Source: the human T2T-CHM13v2.0 reference genome, Homo sapiens. Taken from it: a stretch of DNA of 64,000 nt. The stretch is taken from assembly GCF_009914755.1 (NCBI RefSeq), contig NC_060925.1, one strand, 5' to 3'. Positions 37,281 to 53,489 of this stretch are shown piece after piece. Within the stretch, counting starts at the first letter, position 1. The number at the start of each line of letters is the position of its first letter. The notes beneath the pieces were generated by a model that was not told where the DNA came from, made no database searches, and saw only the letters and a program-made list of their open reading frames with translations. Position numbers and translations under genes: made by a program.

Positions 37281-38233
37281 ATAACACATAAAGTGAGGTT
37301 ATGTATTGATTAGTTGATGAAATGTGACCAGATGCTCACAGGAACCTAGCCGTGTATTTCCCTTAGGAACAATGGTTCATTATTTGCTAATTCAGTGTTC
37401 TTGGTGGCTTTTTTTTAGAACATAACTACCTCTAATAATGAGAATTGATGGTATGTACAAATTGAAGAGTGATGTTTAATACTGAAGAACAATCCAAGGC
37501 TGCCAGAGGCCCTCCCTGGTGCAGCAGTGGCAAGTACTGCACCAGGGAGGGCCTCTGGAGCCACATATGGGAATCCAAGGAGAAGTAAGAAAATGGATGT
37601 TTGACAGTACTGGGGAATGGTGCTTCATTGTACAAGAATCCATTGCATTCACACTGAGAATAAGAACTTGTTAACTGATTTGTCTTTCATCTAACTTCTT
37701 CCACTACTCAGATCTCCCTGCACCCCAAAAACAGTGTCCATCCCAGTTTGGGCAGTGATACAACCAACAAACCATGGCTTTCAGATATAGTCATTTTTTT
37801 GTTTTGAAAATATAGAGCAAGAGATATGGAGAAGCATTTCTCTGGGGCCTGAATAGTGTTAGTCAATAGAGCAGATGTTTTAGGGCTACGAGTTGGGCTA
37901 TGCCAGCATTGAGCACCAAATACCAGTGACCAAGCCTTCTTTGTGTTATTTGACATGTGCATTTTGGTGTGCATATGTTTAATATATAGAACCCTCCAAA
38001 GCACAGGCCCAGGGTGGAATAGAGCACTGTCTAAGAGTTATGCTCCACGGCAGCCTACAGCTCAGCAATCTTGAGCTCCGCCTGGGAGGCCTCCAAACCA
38101 AATCCTCTAGTAATATGGTTCTTCCTCTGCTCTTATCATAATCTAACTCCATCATCACTGAAGTTCCAGTAGGATTTTGAAACATTGTGTGTGCTTTTCC
38201 AGAATAGTGTGTTTGTATTAAATTGTTATTGCA

Positions 38234-38532
38234 GGCTAGGTGCGGTGGCTCACGCCTGTAAAACCAGCACTTTGGGAGGCAGAGGCTGGCAGATCACTTG
38301 AGTCCAGGAATTTGAGACCAGCCTGAGCAACATGGCCAAACCCCACCTCTACAAAAAAATACGAAAATTAGCTGGGTAGGGTAGTGCATGCCTGTAGTCC
38401 CCGCTACTCAGGAGGCTGAGCAGGGAGGATCACTTGAAGCCAGGAGGCAGAGGTTGCAGTGAACTGAGATTGCACCACTGCACTTCAGCCTGGGCAACAG
38501 AATGAGACCCTGTCTCAAAAAGAAGAAAAAAA
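38234..38532 (+). mobile_element. AluJb-like
   Basis: TSD TGTTATTGCA. Confidence 0.93.
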
Positions 38533-38849
38533 GTGTTATTGCAGTCCCCTTTTCATAAGAGAAAGTTTGCTTATTGTTTTGGAGGAAGGACGACAGATAG
38601 TTCTATTTGGTCACCCAATCATTATATTTAAAAACCCACAGTATTTTAAAAATTATTATCATAAAATGTACTTTGTTTGGCATGCAATCCTTTGCATGGC
38701 CTCTTTGCTCCAGATTCTAAATCAGGATTGTTAGGCAATCCCAAATTTTTTTCCAGGAGTTGTTACTCTGCCAGTCTATAACATTTCCCTCATTCTTCCA
38801 ACTTCTTTTCCCTTGTTTTTTTCTTCCTTTAGGGGTTAGTGTCCAAGAC

Positions 38850-39020
38850 TGCCATTGCCAGCTACGTGACCTTGGGAAAGTCCCTCAGTGCCTCCATTTC
38901 CCTGTTGACAGACAGGGCATGACTGTGCCGAGCACATGGAATTGTTGTGACAGCAAATGAAATCATCTCTGCGATGTGTGGGAGGCTGAGCTGAGTGCTG
39001 GGCAAGTGCTCACCGCACAT
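38850..39020. mobile_element. MIR fragment
   Basis: AGCTACGTGACCTTGGGAAAGT...CAAGTGCTCA. Confidence 0.65.
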
Positions 39021-40352
39021 TCCTGGTCATTGTTGTTGTTATCGTGGCAGGAGGATTTCATTGAGTTTGGAGCCCTTCCCAGGGTAACAAAGCAAGGAGT
39101 CATTTAAGATTAATGTTGCTCTTTTATGATCTAGATAGGCCCTTGGGCAGAGCAAGAAGAAACCAAAGCTGCTTCTCACCAGCCATGTGGGCTCACTGGC
39201 TAGGAGAGCTGATTGGGCTCCTTTTTAAACTTGGAAAATAATTCCTCTTTAAATATGGTTTTGGACAATAAAAATGAAACATATGTACCTGTAAAAAATG
39301 AACATGCGTCTTACTCCAAAAGCTTCTCTAGATTTCATGGATGGGAACACTAACAAGGAAATCCCAATCCTGCTCTCCCCGAAGCTGGGCAGCTTCCCTT
39401 GCTCCCTTGCTGGAACTGAGCGAAGCCTCGTGGTGCAGCTACAAAGATGGGGTACTGGGGACCCAGTGACTGCTCAGATCTGGGCACTGATCTGATGTGT
39501 GTTGGGGGCAGGGTGGGAAGCCAGGTAGATTCCATTAAGGGGTGGGGCCGTGAGGATGAAGATCTAGTGGGTGAAACGGGATGAAGGGGCCTGTAGGGAA
39601 AGGAGCAGGAATCGGGGACAGGAGTGAGGGCAGGGATTGATTGGAAAGGTATCTAGGAACTCATGTAATTGACAAGGAGCTGGGGAACCGGGCTCCAACA
39701 GAACCCAATTAGACATGGGCTAGACAAGACCCCCTCTCAGGAGCCACCTGCATAGGCCACTGCTGTAATCATCACGACTGCACATTCATTCCTGCTCCCC
39801 TGTCCCCGGATGTGCTCACCTCTGTCCTACTGGACGCTGTGGCCCTGGACACATCCACCGCACCACTAGACTGCAGGTCCCACTGCAGCTGCTGCTAATT
39901 GCCTCTAACTGGCTCTGCGTCCTAGTTTCCCTCCTTTCAGGTTCGAAGTCCTGAGTGACACACTTCCTCTACCCGCAGAAAGGGAGGAGTGTCTTCCCTC
40001 CCACCTGTCCTGTCTAGGAGGGGTTCTTGGCAGCTGGGTAACCAAGAATGACATGTGTTCACTCTCAGGCCCTTAAGAGCAGTACAAATGGACCGACTCA
40101 ATTAGATGAGCACAGCTCAATGAAAAATCGCCGTCAGAAGGTCGAAGGGAATCAATAAATCTTGGTAGGGGACAGGGGCTAGAGACCTGGATGGCACATG
40201 TTGGCTGAGTCCATCTGCCTGCCCGATTTTATCAAATATTTACGGAGCTCCTACTCCCTATCAGGCGCTGAGTTCATCTCAAGGAATGTATCACAGCTTC
40301 TGTGCTCAAAAAGCTTGCATTTGGAGGGGGAGAGAAATTAACAGTAACTTTC

Positions 40353-40662
40353 GGCCGGGCACAGAGGCTCACACCTATAATCTCAGCACTCTGGGAGGCC
40401 AAGGTGGGAGAACCACTTGAGACCAGGAATTCGAGACCAGCCAAGCCAACATGGTGCCGATTTTTATAAAAAAAATAAAAATAAAAATTAGCTGGGTGTG
40501 GTGGTAGCACACTTATAGTCCCAGCTACTCAGGAGTCTGAGTTGGGAGGATCACTTGAACCAAGGAGGTCAAGGTTGCAGTGAGCCAAGATCATGCTACT
40601 GCACTACAGCCTGGGTGACAGAGCAAGACTCTGTCTCAAGAAATAAAATGAAAAACGAAAAA
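40353..40662 (+). mobile_element. AluJ
   Basis: TSD about AACAG..ACTTT. Confidence 0.93.
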
Positions 40663-42031
40663 CAGCCACTTTTCAAACTGTGAGATGCATGCAACGAGAG
40701 AGGCAAGCGCGGGGAGAAGGGGCTCCTGTCACCCGCCTCATGGATGGGGGTGAGGGGCAGAGTTCTAAGCCAAGCCTGCAATGGCCCTGGGGCAGGAGAG
40801 AAGGATGTTGAGGCAAAAGGATCTGCCTGTTCTGGATTCACAGGTAAGTGATCTCCTGTACTAACTCCTGTCTATGGGAGGTAGCTGCTTCTAACATTCT
40901 GATGAGAAGAAATTTTAGACTAAATCCCATTGCAATGGAAAATGGTGCTGTACTGAACTAATGGCATCTGTTATAGACAAGGGAGTGGGGACTGGCAGGA
41001 CATACTGCATGGGCTCATCATGCCAGCCCTAGAGGTGAGGAGGGTCACCAGAGGAGACATAGTTACTCAGATAGGAGGTGCTCACAGCAACAACCACATC
41101 TGAGAGCTGTATTTATCAGCCCTATCTGACCTAAAGTCCCGTCTCTCTAAAAAATAGTTTGTATCTCCTGAAATGGAATTAGTGCATAATATAACCTACA
41201 GGCATCCATATTTTCCACAAAGAAAAAGAAAAAAGAAACACTATGAGGGTCTAACTAGGTCATAGAGGTCACAGAGGAAGAAGGAAAGGAACATATTTGT
41301 AACAAAATGATGAAAATGATGTGTATTTTAATATGTAAATGTCTGAGTACAGCTACTCCAGAAGACAACATAAGGGGTGAGATGTTCACATCCATACTCA
41401 GAATCCCCATAAGCATGACTGTGACAAGTGCAGGCCAGTACAGGGAGGTGGGTCCCAAGTAGCCTTGGCCATAGTTCATGTGATTTTCTCATGGAATGGG
41501 AATGACTCTTGGTAAACTTTGGAATAAAGTAAAGCCCATCTTCCCTGGAAAACATTGTCTATATTTGTGAAAAAAAGCACGCTGGGTCTATACGTAAAAC
41601 AGAGCCAGGGGCTAGCCTCAGTTAATTATAGCAATCAAATGGATCAGCTGCCTTTCTGGAGGTGATGACCCACGCACAAAAACATGCCCCTTGCAAAAGA
41701 TCTCCTGCATCCCTTTCCAGAAGAGAGGAAGAGGAAACAGAAGAAGTGCCTGGTGCGGAGCCCCAGTTCCCACTTCATGATGTGAAACGCCCAGAATGCT
41801 ATAAAATCACATTTGTTAGCCATGCACAAACAGTAGTTTTGTGTGATGGCTTCTCCACCGTCCTCTGCCAGCCCACAGGAGGAGAAGCAAGACTTCCAGA
41901 AGCCTGATCCCTCAGGAGGAAGCAGCACTGGATGCACTCTGCCTCAAGATGAGTGGGAAAACATCCCCATAAACACATCTCCCATTAAAACAAAACAAAA
42001 CCTGCTGCCTTGAGTCTTTCAGGCATAACTT

Positions 42032-42522
42032 TGTATTAGTTTCCTGTGGTTGCTATAACAAATTACAACAAGTTTAGTGGCTTAAACCCACACAGATTTA
42101 TTCCCAGACAGTTCTAGAGGTCAGAAGTCCAAATCCAGTTTCTGTGCTAAAGTCAAGGTGTTGCCACGGCTGGTCCCTCACAGAGGCTCTGAGGAGAGAG
42201 GCCTATTTCTTACCTTATTCAACTTCTAGTGGCCGCCTGCGTTTCTTGGCTTGGGGCCCCTTCCTCCATCTTCAAAGTACATCACTCCAATCTCTGTTTC
42301 TCTCACCATATCACTTTCTCCTCTGACTCTGATTTCTCCTGTGTCCCTTCTTTGAGGAGTGCTGTGATTACATCAGGCCCAAACAGATAATCCAGGACAA
42401 TGACTGCTCTCAAGATCCCTAGTCACATCTGTGCAAAGTCCCCATTGCCACGGAAAGGTACCATTCACAGATTCTGGGTGAGAACGTGGACGTCTCTGGG
42501 AGCCACGATTCTGCCTACCAGA
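42032..42522 (-). mobile_element. MLT1C/D-like solo LTR
   Basis: TGTATTAGTTTCCTGTGGTTGCTATAACAAATTAC ... ATTCTGCCTACCA. Confidence 0.88.
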
Positions 42523-42544
42523 CTTTGATTCCAGTTCCTGATGC

Positions 42545-42770
42545 AGTGTGCACACCAACATTGATGTTGGGTAAGACATACACAAGTCTGGCAGGACTGT
42601 GGACAGTTCTCTGCCACACATTGTAGAACGTCTAACATTCCTGACTGTAGACTAAATGGCAGTAACATTCCCAGTCACCATGACAAACAAAAGAACCCCT
42701 TACATTTCCAAAATGCCCCAAGGGGCAGTACTGTCTACCTACCCCCAACCCCAAATTGAGAACAATGTTT
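42545..42770. mobile_element. MER20-like hAT element
   Basis: CACATTGTAGAA...CATGACAAACAAAA...CCAAAATGCCCC...TTGAGAAC. Confidence 0.6.
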
Positions 42771-42779
42771 CCAGAGGAA

Positions 42780-43320
42780 TCATGCAGGCTTCAGGCATGG
42801 CTTGATCAGGACTTCAGACCTATTTTATGATTTTCTGGGCTTGGCCTTCCTCTGTGTGTCAGTGTCATCCTCATCTTTCCTCACTGAGGCAAATTGGCTG
42901 CAGCTGTTTCAGAAGAAAATCCACATGCTGCACAGGTCAAAGGAAGACAGAGCACTCTCCCCATAGTTCCAATAAGATCCCTGAGAGCCACCCTGACTGG
43001 GTCAAATGAAGTCACATATCTGGCCCTGATTGGTGGTTTACCTGAGGCATGGAGTTTGTAATGGACTCTTTCTTTTTTTCTTTTTTTTTTTTTCTTTTTG
43101 CCACCCTGGAGCAGGAGCTGGGAGTGAAATCAGTGTCCCTGAAGCTCATGGTGTGTGTGTGTAAGATGCCAGGAGAAAAAGTTGAGCATTGTTTGTTAGG
43201 AGAGGAAAGAATGCCGGGTGGGGACCCAACAAATGTGCATAATGGAGAATGTGGCACATTCTCAGAAAAGCAAGCTCCCTGGTGCAACTGTGGTGTGAGG
43301 AACAGGAGAATCCCGGGAGA
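42780..43320. mobile_element. Old MLT1-like LTR fragment
   Basis: GGCTTCAGGCATGGCTTGATCAGG; CTGACTGGGTC; CCCTGATTGG. Confidence 0.5.
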
Positions 43321-43690
43321 TGGGCTAAAGGAGTAAGCAGATAATAGACCATTTATTTAATCAATTTAATCAGTTTCCCTTGTTCCTTAGCCAAGCTTCC
43401 CACATACTCACCCATTGACTTGGAATGCCCTGACTGGGGAAGGGAGTCTCTGGTCCTCTGAGTGACTTGGTTTCTTGCTTTGAATCAGTGACTGGGCACT
43501 TTGGTTTGTACGTCAGTCTCTATAAGCCAGGTTAATGTTAATTGGACCCTGAAAAAAATGGTCACCCTCATGGTGTGAGACATCAGATTCCTGAGCCTGC
43601 ATGACTAAACCCAACCGTGACAAATTTGCCAAGTTAACTGTGGCCCTGAGAGGCTTCCTGCTGGCTACCAAACCAGCCTCTCCCTAGTGA

Positions 43691-44200
<510 letters not shown>

Positions 44201-45175
44201 CCCTGTCTTTTTTTATATTAGTGACATCTAATGGGATAAACAGGCTCCAAAAGGCCCTTCTCATCAAAACAATAGCCAACTATATTCACACAAGCGGCTG
44301 TGCTTAATCACACAGGAACAGAGATCATCACACACACACTCATCCCATGCCTTTGTGTTATTGTTTGAGTCTTTTGTCCCCTGGTCCACAGCCTCTCACG
44401 TCCTTCTCTCCTCTATGTGCCCTGTACAATAGGAGCGCTATGAATCAGCAGGGAAGTGTCCTTTGCCAAAGCCAAATAAGGGGCTGGGCCCTAAAAACAG
44501 CAATAAACCCCATGAGGCTTTATTAATTCAAACAAAGTGTAATCCGTGGTAGGGAGGATTTCTAGGGCCACAAACAAGAGCGAATATGACTTCCAAAGGA
44601 AAAGAAAGGGAAAGCCGGGCTGCCCACCTGTTTATTGGGAACAGTTGTTCCTCTAGCCCAAACCACATCTCCTTAATAGGGAAGAGGAGTGCAGCCCTAT
44701 CAGGGAGTTTTTATTCTTAGGGCAGGAAAAGAGCAAAAGATGTTTCTTTAGCCTGCAATATGTCAGCATCAAATTTCTCATTTCCCTCTCCTCTCCTCTC
44801 CCTCCACCCCACCCCCAAGCCCTCGTGTTTGTGGCCTTTTGCTTGCATGAGAATTTATTTCCCATCTGACACTGTTGAAATAATCCATAGCACCTACTTA
44901 GGGGTGAGATGAACCGGAAGGTGTGGAAAATGCAATCAAAATTTCCACTGTGTCTCAGCAGCTAAGCTTCTGGAAAATCAAAGGAAGTAATCTGGACCTT
45001 GCCTTGCGGGCCCACATGGTCTGAGAGGGGCTTTGATATCCGGGGCGAGTCCTTAGCATCGCGGGAGCCCTAATCACAATAGAGAGGTGAAGCTGTCTTG
45101 CTGCTGGCCTTGGGGAAGGAAGCCTCCGTGGTCCACGGCCCTGCCAGGGAGAAAGATTAAAAAAATGGTTTTCTA

Positions 45176-45467
45176 CCAGGCGCGGTGGCTCAGGCCTGTA
45201 ATCCCAGCACTCTGGGAGGCCGAGGTGGGCGGATCACGAGGTCAGGAGATCGAGACCATCCTGGCTAACAAGGTGAAACCCCGTCTCTACTAAAAATACA
45301 AAAATTAGCCAGGCGTGGTGGCGGGCGCCTGTAGTCCCAGCTACTCGGGAGGCTGAGGCAGGAGAATGGCGTGAACCCAGGAGGCGGAGCTTGCAGTGAG
45401 CCGGGATGGCGCCATTGTATTCCAGACTGGGCGACAGAGCGAGACTCCATCTCAAAAAAAAAAAAAA
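45176..45467 (+). mobile_element. AluY
   Basis: CpG-rich with Y diagnostics; TSD AAAAAATGGTTTTC. Confidence 0.96.
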
Positions 45468-45782
45468 TGGTTTTCCGTTTGAGAGTCTCCAAATTATGAA
45501 GATAGCCATCGACGGGTTTCATTTGCCACTTGACAGTTTTTTCTTCCCGAAAAGCTTCCTGGTGTCATTTTAAGTACCCAGGAAAGAGCTCTTGTTGCAG
45601 GTGGCTGTGACATCAATGAATGCCATTTAAGGCCGGCTTGCTCCTGGGCAGTCAGGGCTTGGGCTTGGTTCAAGGTTCTTGATGGGTACCTAGGCAAAAG
45701 TTGGGCCAGCCTCGTCCCCATCCCCTATTTGTTACTAGGGACCCACCCCAAAGGGATATAGTGGATGATAGTGGTGGTGGTA

Positions 45783-45823
45783 TGTGTCTGTGTGTGTGGT
45801 GTGTGTGTGTCTGTGTGTGTGTG
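45783..45823. repeat. (TG)n microsatellite, imperfect
   Basis: Directly visible. Confidence 0.9.
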
Positions 45824-46259
45824 TTAGGGGCCATTGGTATACTCCCTGAAGTCAAGTTGAACGGTCAATCCCTGTGTTGTTAGAAACTTTTCTAAAAACT
45901 CCACACTTTTATTGCCCGCTATGTGAAGCTGAGCATCTTGTCTTAAATTTATTAATACATTTTTTTTCAAATGTCAGAGGAGATAACCCTGTAGGGATTG
46001 AGCGTTCATTGTACACAGACCATCTGTGTTTGATTTCATCAGTCTCAATGGTTTTCCCTCCGTCTTTCACCTTTCCAGACTGAGGGGTCCTTCTTCCCAA
46101 GCAAAAGTCTGTGCTCATCTTTACCCTTCAAAGTTGACTCCCTTCCATGTGGGGCTGGGCAGGCCAGGGAAAAAAATGCCAGCTAAATAGAGAGGCCCTT
46201 CTATCTGGGCATGGATGTGAGGCTTCTATGCTACTTTCTAAAAATAAACTGCAAGCATG

Positions 46260-47025
<766 letters not shown>

Positions 47026-47954
47026 TACATAAGAAAGTTCTGCTCCCCTTCCTCCCTGGAGGAGGGGGAAAGGCACAGACATTGAACTATTGATGGCCAG
47101 TTTGATAGAGATTTTTGCTTTTGTTTTCAATGCAAAGGTTTCAAAAGTGCTTTGAACCATCTTCATTCATTCATTCCACAGGGATTGCCAAAGTACCTCT
47201 ACATGTAGGGAGGCGGTATATTGCCTGCCTCCCATACCAAACATTCTCTGCCCACCCTATGCCCACCCTATGCCCACCATATCCAAGGAAGCCACCTTCC
47301 CAGGTTTTCAGGAAACAGGATCCATAGAGAAGAAATGTGAATTGCTGGTCAAATGCCTTGCTGTGTGGGCAGTAGATGGAGGACAATGAGGATGGAGTGT
47401 TTAGGTCAAGAAAAGCCTTCTCTGTCTTTGGGCACCAGTCTCATTCCTGCTCTCATAGACTTGCAATTGTTCACTTCCATTTATTCACCACTAAATTTAT
47501 TCCTGACACACAAGTCTCCCTCCTACCCGAGTCTGTGTCTTTCAATGCAGTTATTGTCAATGATAACTGTTTAAAGGAGGCAGGGGCTGTGTTTGGTCAG
47601 AAGGCTTGGGGGCGTCCCCTGACTCTTAACACTTCCCAGCCAGGGTATTTAACTTCTAGTCTCTGGAATTCAGGTTTCACATCTATAAAATGGGACAATT
47701 TCTTCTGTCCTGATTGTCTCACTTAGTTGTTTTAAAGTTGAGACGCAAATATGGAGTTTATGAGTTTTTCTGAGTCCCATCATTTGTAGCCCTAAGAGCA
47801 CTTAAGTGCACTAGACACCCCCAAATTGAGGATGATACAATCTGACATGGTGACCCCCAAATGAACCACTGCCCCCTATTTATGAGGCCCAGTCTATAAA
47901 TTTCCAGATCTGCAAATATTTCCTTTTACAGAGGCCTTAGTGAAAGTAAAGGGA

Positions 47955-48410
47955 TCGTCCAGATGTCCATCAATGGATGAAAGAATAAACAAATTGTGTT
48001 ATAAGCATGCGATGGAATATATTTCAGCCATAAAATGGAAGTACTAACACACACTATGATGTGGGCGAACCTTGAAGGCATTCTGCTACATGAAAGAAGC
48101 CAGACACAAAAGGTCACGTATTGTTTGGTCCCATGTACCCGAAATATTTAGAATAGCTAAATCCATAGAGACCGAACACAGGCTGGGGTTGCCAGAGGAT
48201 GCGGAAAGGGGAAAATGAGGAGAAACTGCTGATGGGTATGGAATTTTATTTTGGAGGAACTAATTTATCTAGTTCCAAATTTTATTTGGAACTAGAGAGA
48301 GGAGGAGGTGGCATAGCATTGTGAATTACTAAATGCTACCGAATTGTTCACTTCAAAATGCTTAATTTTATGTTATCTGAATTTCACCCCTATAATTATT
48401 TTAAATAAAA
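47955..48410 (+). mobile_element. L1MB/MC-type 3' end fragment
   Basis: AGATGTCCATCAATGGATGAA...GAAAGAAGCCAGACACAAAAGGTCAC...TTATCTGAATTTCACC. Confidence 0.88.
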
Positions 48411-48536
48411 GGAGCCAATGAAATGATAGTGTTTCACAATGGAACCTCAGGAGTGGCTGCCTGTGAATCTTGTGATGAGTTATTCTTTAAGCTCTCTGAA
48501 GAGAGTCTCCTCCATTCTCTCCACTCAGAACCCTTC

Positions 48537-49392
48537 TGGCAGATCCTCAAATAATGTTGTTTCATTCAATGTTGTTGCATTACAACAGTGATAAGAGAAA
48601 AAATAGATTCCCAGCTGGGGTAACCGTCTGTGTGAGTTTACTGTCTCCGCATGTCTGCGCAGGTTTTCTCCAGGCACTCCGGATTCCTTGTACATCCCAA
48701 AGCTGTGCACACGAGGTTCATTGGTGTGTCTATGTGGTCCCAGTGTGAGTAAGAGTGGGTGTAAGTGTGATTGTGCCAGGGAAGGAATGGTGCCCTGTCC
48801 AGGGTTGATTCCCACCTTGTGCTCTGAGCTCCTGGGATGGACTCTGGTCACCTCTGACCTTGAAGTGGAATAAGCAGGCTGGAAAATTAATGAATGAATG
48901 AATACAAATTATTGTCCAATAAAAATCTGTAAAGTAGACAATAATCATAAAAATGCAAGACAATAAAAAACATAGTACAAAAATGCTCAACAAGCCACCG
49001 TATTCGTTACCGTTTCTTTTTGAACTTCATGGTGGTCAGAGATGGTCCCCAAAATTTTCCCTTTGCAAACATTTATTCATTGGTGTAACCCACCACCAAC
49101 CACGACCATTGTCACTCATTGATTACTTATTTTCCAAAGTTGGGTAAAAATCGTACTCATTTTGATTAATTTTTCATATATACATACATATATACCTCAT
49201 ATTTATTTCATGTGGTTAATAGTAGAAGTGTTTTGGGTCTCTATTTACAAGTTTGGTGACATTTTTATGACCAGAAATATAACGGAGGAACTTTACTCTT
49301 ATTAGCCTGTGGGAAAATTGCTTTCATTACGCATCATTTCACTGAAAGTTGTAGTTTCTGAGAACCCATCTGACATTCAGTGGGGACTTACC
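48537..49392 (+). mobile_element. MER6 (TcMar-Tigger non-autonomous), apparently full length
   Basis: GATCCTCAAATAATGTTGTTTCATTCAATG start; GGTTTTCTCCAGGCACTCCGGATTCC core; GGGACTTAC end. Confidence 0.8.
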
Positions 49393-49764
49393 ATACCTGT
49401 AAAGCACTAACTGCTCTTGGAGTTACCGTGTCTTTGATGCAACAAGGGCTGAATCAGGACTTGATTAACTTCACCAACTTGCTGCCTGCCTCAGCTTCTG
49501 GGTTCATGCTCGGCCAGCTTGAGTCGGGACACTCTGAAATTTATATGTATATGTTCACTACATCCTACAAATATTGGAACAGCCATTTCAGAGAAATTAG
49601 GCAGATCCAGGTTTCCAGGACAGACTTTAAAAAGTGAAAACTATCTGTGTGATGGGGAAGGTGGGCAGTAAAATATTCATGGTGATTGTGTCTTATCTGT
49701 GGATGCTGAAAATATTAAGATGTGGGCTTTAACTCCCGTTTTTATGTTTATCTAAGTATTTTAG

Positions 49765-50174
<410 letters not shown>

Positions 50175-50704
50175 TAGACCTTTAGGAGTCCACATAACAA
50201 ATGTTTCTGGAGCTCTGGTAGGTATGAGGCTTATAAAAATGAGAATGGCTCTCTATAAGAGAGTTCATGGTATCATCACCCTCCTGTACTATGTGTGATA
50301 TTAGAAGCATTCAGAAAGCAATGTGGAAACACAGTGGGGAAGATGCAGTAATTCTACCCAGAGGAGGCAGGAAGAACTTAACAGACTTCCGTCCCAGCCA
50401 ACTGATCTACCCATTCCCTTCATTCCTCTAGTCTTCATGGTTGTCTTTCCTCCTTTGCTTTTATCATACCCTGTCCTTCCTCCACTTCTGAATTACCTAT
50501 CACTTGCTGATTGTATCATGCTTAATAAACACGTTGTATGCTACTTATCCTTTCATGTACGTATTGCCCCAACAAATAATAATACTTTTTAGGACAGAAG
50601 CTGCTATTTTATACCTTTCAGGAACCACAGCATCCTTTAAAAAAAGTGTGTTATTGATGGTTATTATATCATACATATATTCTGAATCCATCAGTAATAT
50701 AATA

Positions 50705-51015
<311 letters not shown>

Positions 51016-51488
51016 TGCAATGGGCATGCCAGAATAATCTTTACTATTTGGTTTGTAAAATGCTTAAGATGCATTTTTAAAAGCATCACTGTCATAAATT
51101 AAGAGCTGGTGGGCACAAAGCCAGGCCACTCATAACGTTCTCTATCTTTAGGGGACATGAAAGTAGACTGAAGAAGTAGCTGAAAAAATGAGAGTTTCAT
51201 AAAGCTATTAAGTTCATTAGTTGTATCAAAAATGGAAACTCTGAATAAAATATGTTCCCACACAATTCAGTTTTGTTTAAATGCTTAATACAAGGTAAGG
51301 CATGAAAAGAATCATCGTCTAGGTTGGAAATGATTCTTTCTCTAGAATGAGGGATGATTTCTGAAAACTCTTTAGATAAACAAGACCCTTTTCAATGTAT
51401 CTTCAGAAAGGCTTGTTGCATTCGTTTGATTTCAAGCTGATGGTAAGTAACAATGAAGCCCAGAGTAACAGTAGCTAAAGTGAAATAG

Positions 51489-52024
<536 letters not shown>

Positions 52025-52051
52025 TACTCCTCCCTTCTGAAGGACTCTTCA

Positions 52052-52334
52052 GGCCAGGCACGGTGGCTCATGCCTGTAATCCCAGCAATTTGGGAGGCTG
52101 AGGTGGGTGGATCACCTGAGGTCAGGGGTTGGAGACCAGCCTGGCCAACATGGTGAAACCCCATCTCTACTAAAAATATAAAAATTAGCCAGGCATGGTG
52201 GCGCACACCTGTAATCCCAGCTACTCAGGAGGCTGAGGCAGGGAGAATTGCTTGAACCTGGGCGGCGGAGGTTGCAGTGTGCTGAGATCATGCCACTGCA
52301 CTCCAGCCTGTGCGACAGAGTGAGAAGCCATCTC

Positions 52335-52365
<31 letters not shown>
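52052..52365 (+). mobile_element. AluSx-like with (AAAT)n tail
   Basis: TSD AAGGACTCTTCA. Confidence 0.95.
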
Positions 52366-52466
52366 GGACTCTTCAGGGAAATTGCATAACACCACACTTG
52401 TCACGTTAGACTGAGGAGTGTGATCTCTATCCTTGGCAGCAATGTGCCCAGTTAAATATTGGAGTG

Positions 52467-52660
52467 CAGGGATTTTTAGCCTTTTTTGGTACCATGAACC
52501 CCTTTGGCAGTCTGCTGAAGCTTATGGACTCCTTCTTAAAATAATGTTTTTAAGTGAATAAAATAAAATACATAAGATTACAAAGGAATCCAATTATACT
52601 GATAAGTGGTGCTGTTGACAAAGCCTTTGAAATCTGTAGACCCCAAGTGAAGTACCCCTT
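52467..52660. mobile_element. hAT-Charlie-type MITE remnant
   Basis: CCATGAACCCCTTTGGCAGTCTG...AAAATAAAATACATAAGATTACAAAGG; family not resolved. Confidence 0.55.
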
Positions 52661-53007
52661 CTACAGTATAGAAAAAGGGAGAGAGTTATCAGTCTCTGAC
52701 ATGTGACATAGAAAAACCTTTCGGAATGGCTTTGTTCATGATTCAGCAATTGTTGAGCTCCTATTTTAAGTCTAGCCCTGTGCTGTGGATTATGATGGAT
52801 ACAAGAGAAGAGGTGGGCTCTCCTCTCAGACAGTTATTCTCTAATTCACCTACATCATTAATAAAAGAGAAAATATTCAGCTCATAAGGTGAGTAGACAT
52901 ATAGGCCAGATCCAATATACCAGCATTTAGGGAGTTCAAAATAAGGGAAAGATCACATGGAGTGGGCCTTGGAGGAAGGGAAGAAAGAAAAGTATAAGAT
53001 TTATTCT

Positions 53008-53489
<482 letters not shown>

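Larger units (their letters stand above)
36215..37451. mobile_element. MER82-like Tigger-derived MITE, interrupted by AluJ, an L1 3' fragment and a TA-rich tract
   Basis: TATCCTCAGTATTCACAGATTCCATATTT...GCAGAGCAGTGAAAAA; end TAATAATGAGAATTGATGG-TA. Confidence 0.75.

Noticed and set aside
40840-40850. Consensus splice donor CAG|GTAAGT (also AAG|GTGAGT near 52888)
   Set aside because: I could not pair these into a supported exon chain or reading frame. A non-coding exon cannot be excluded without transcript data.
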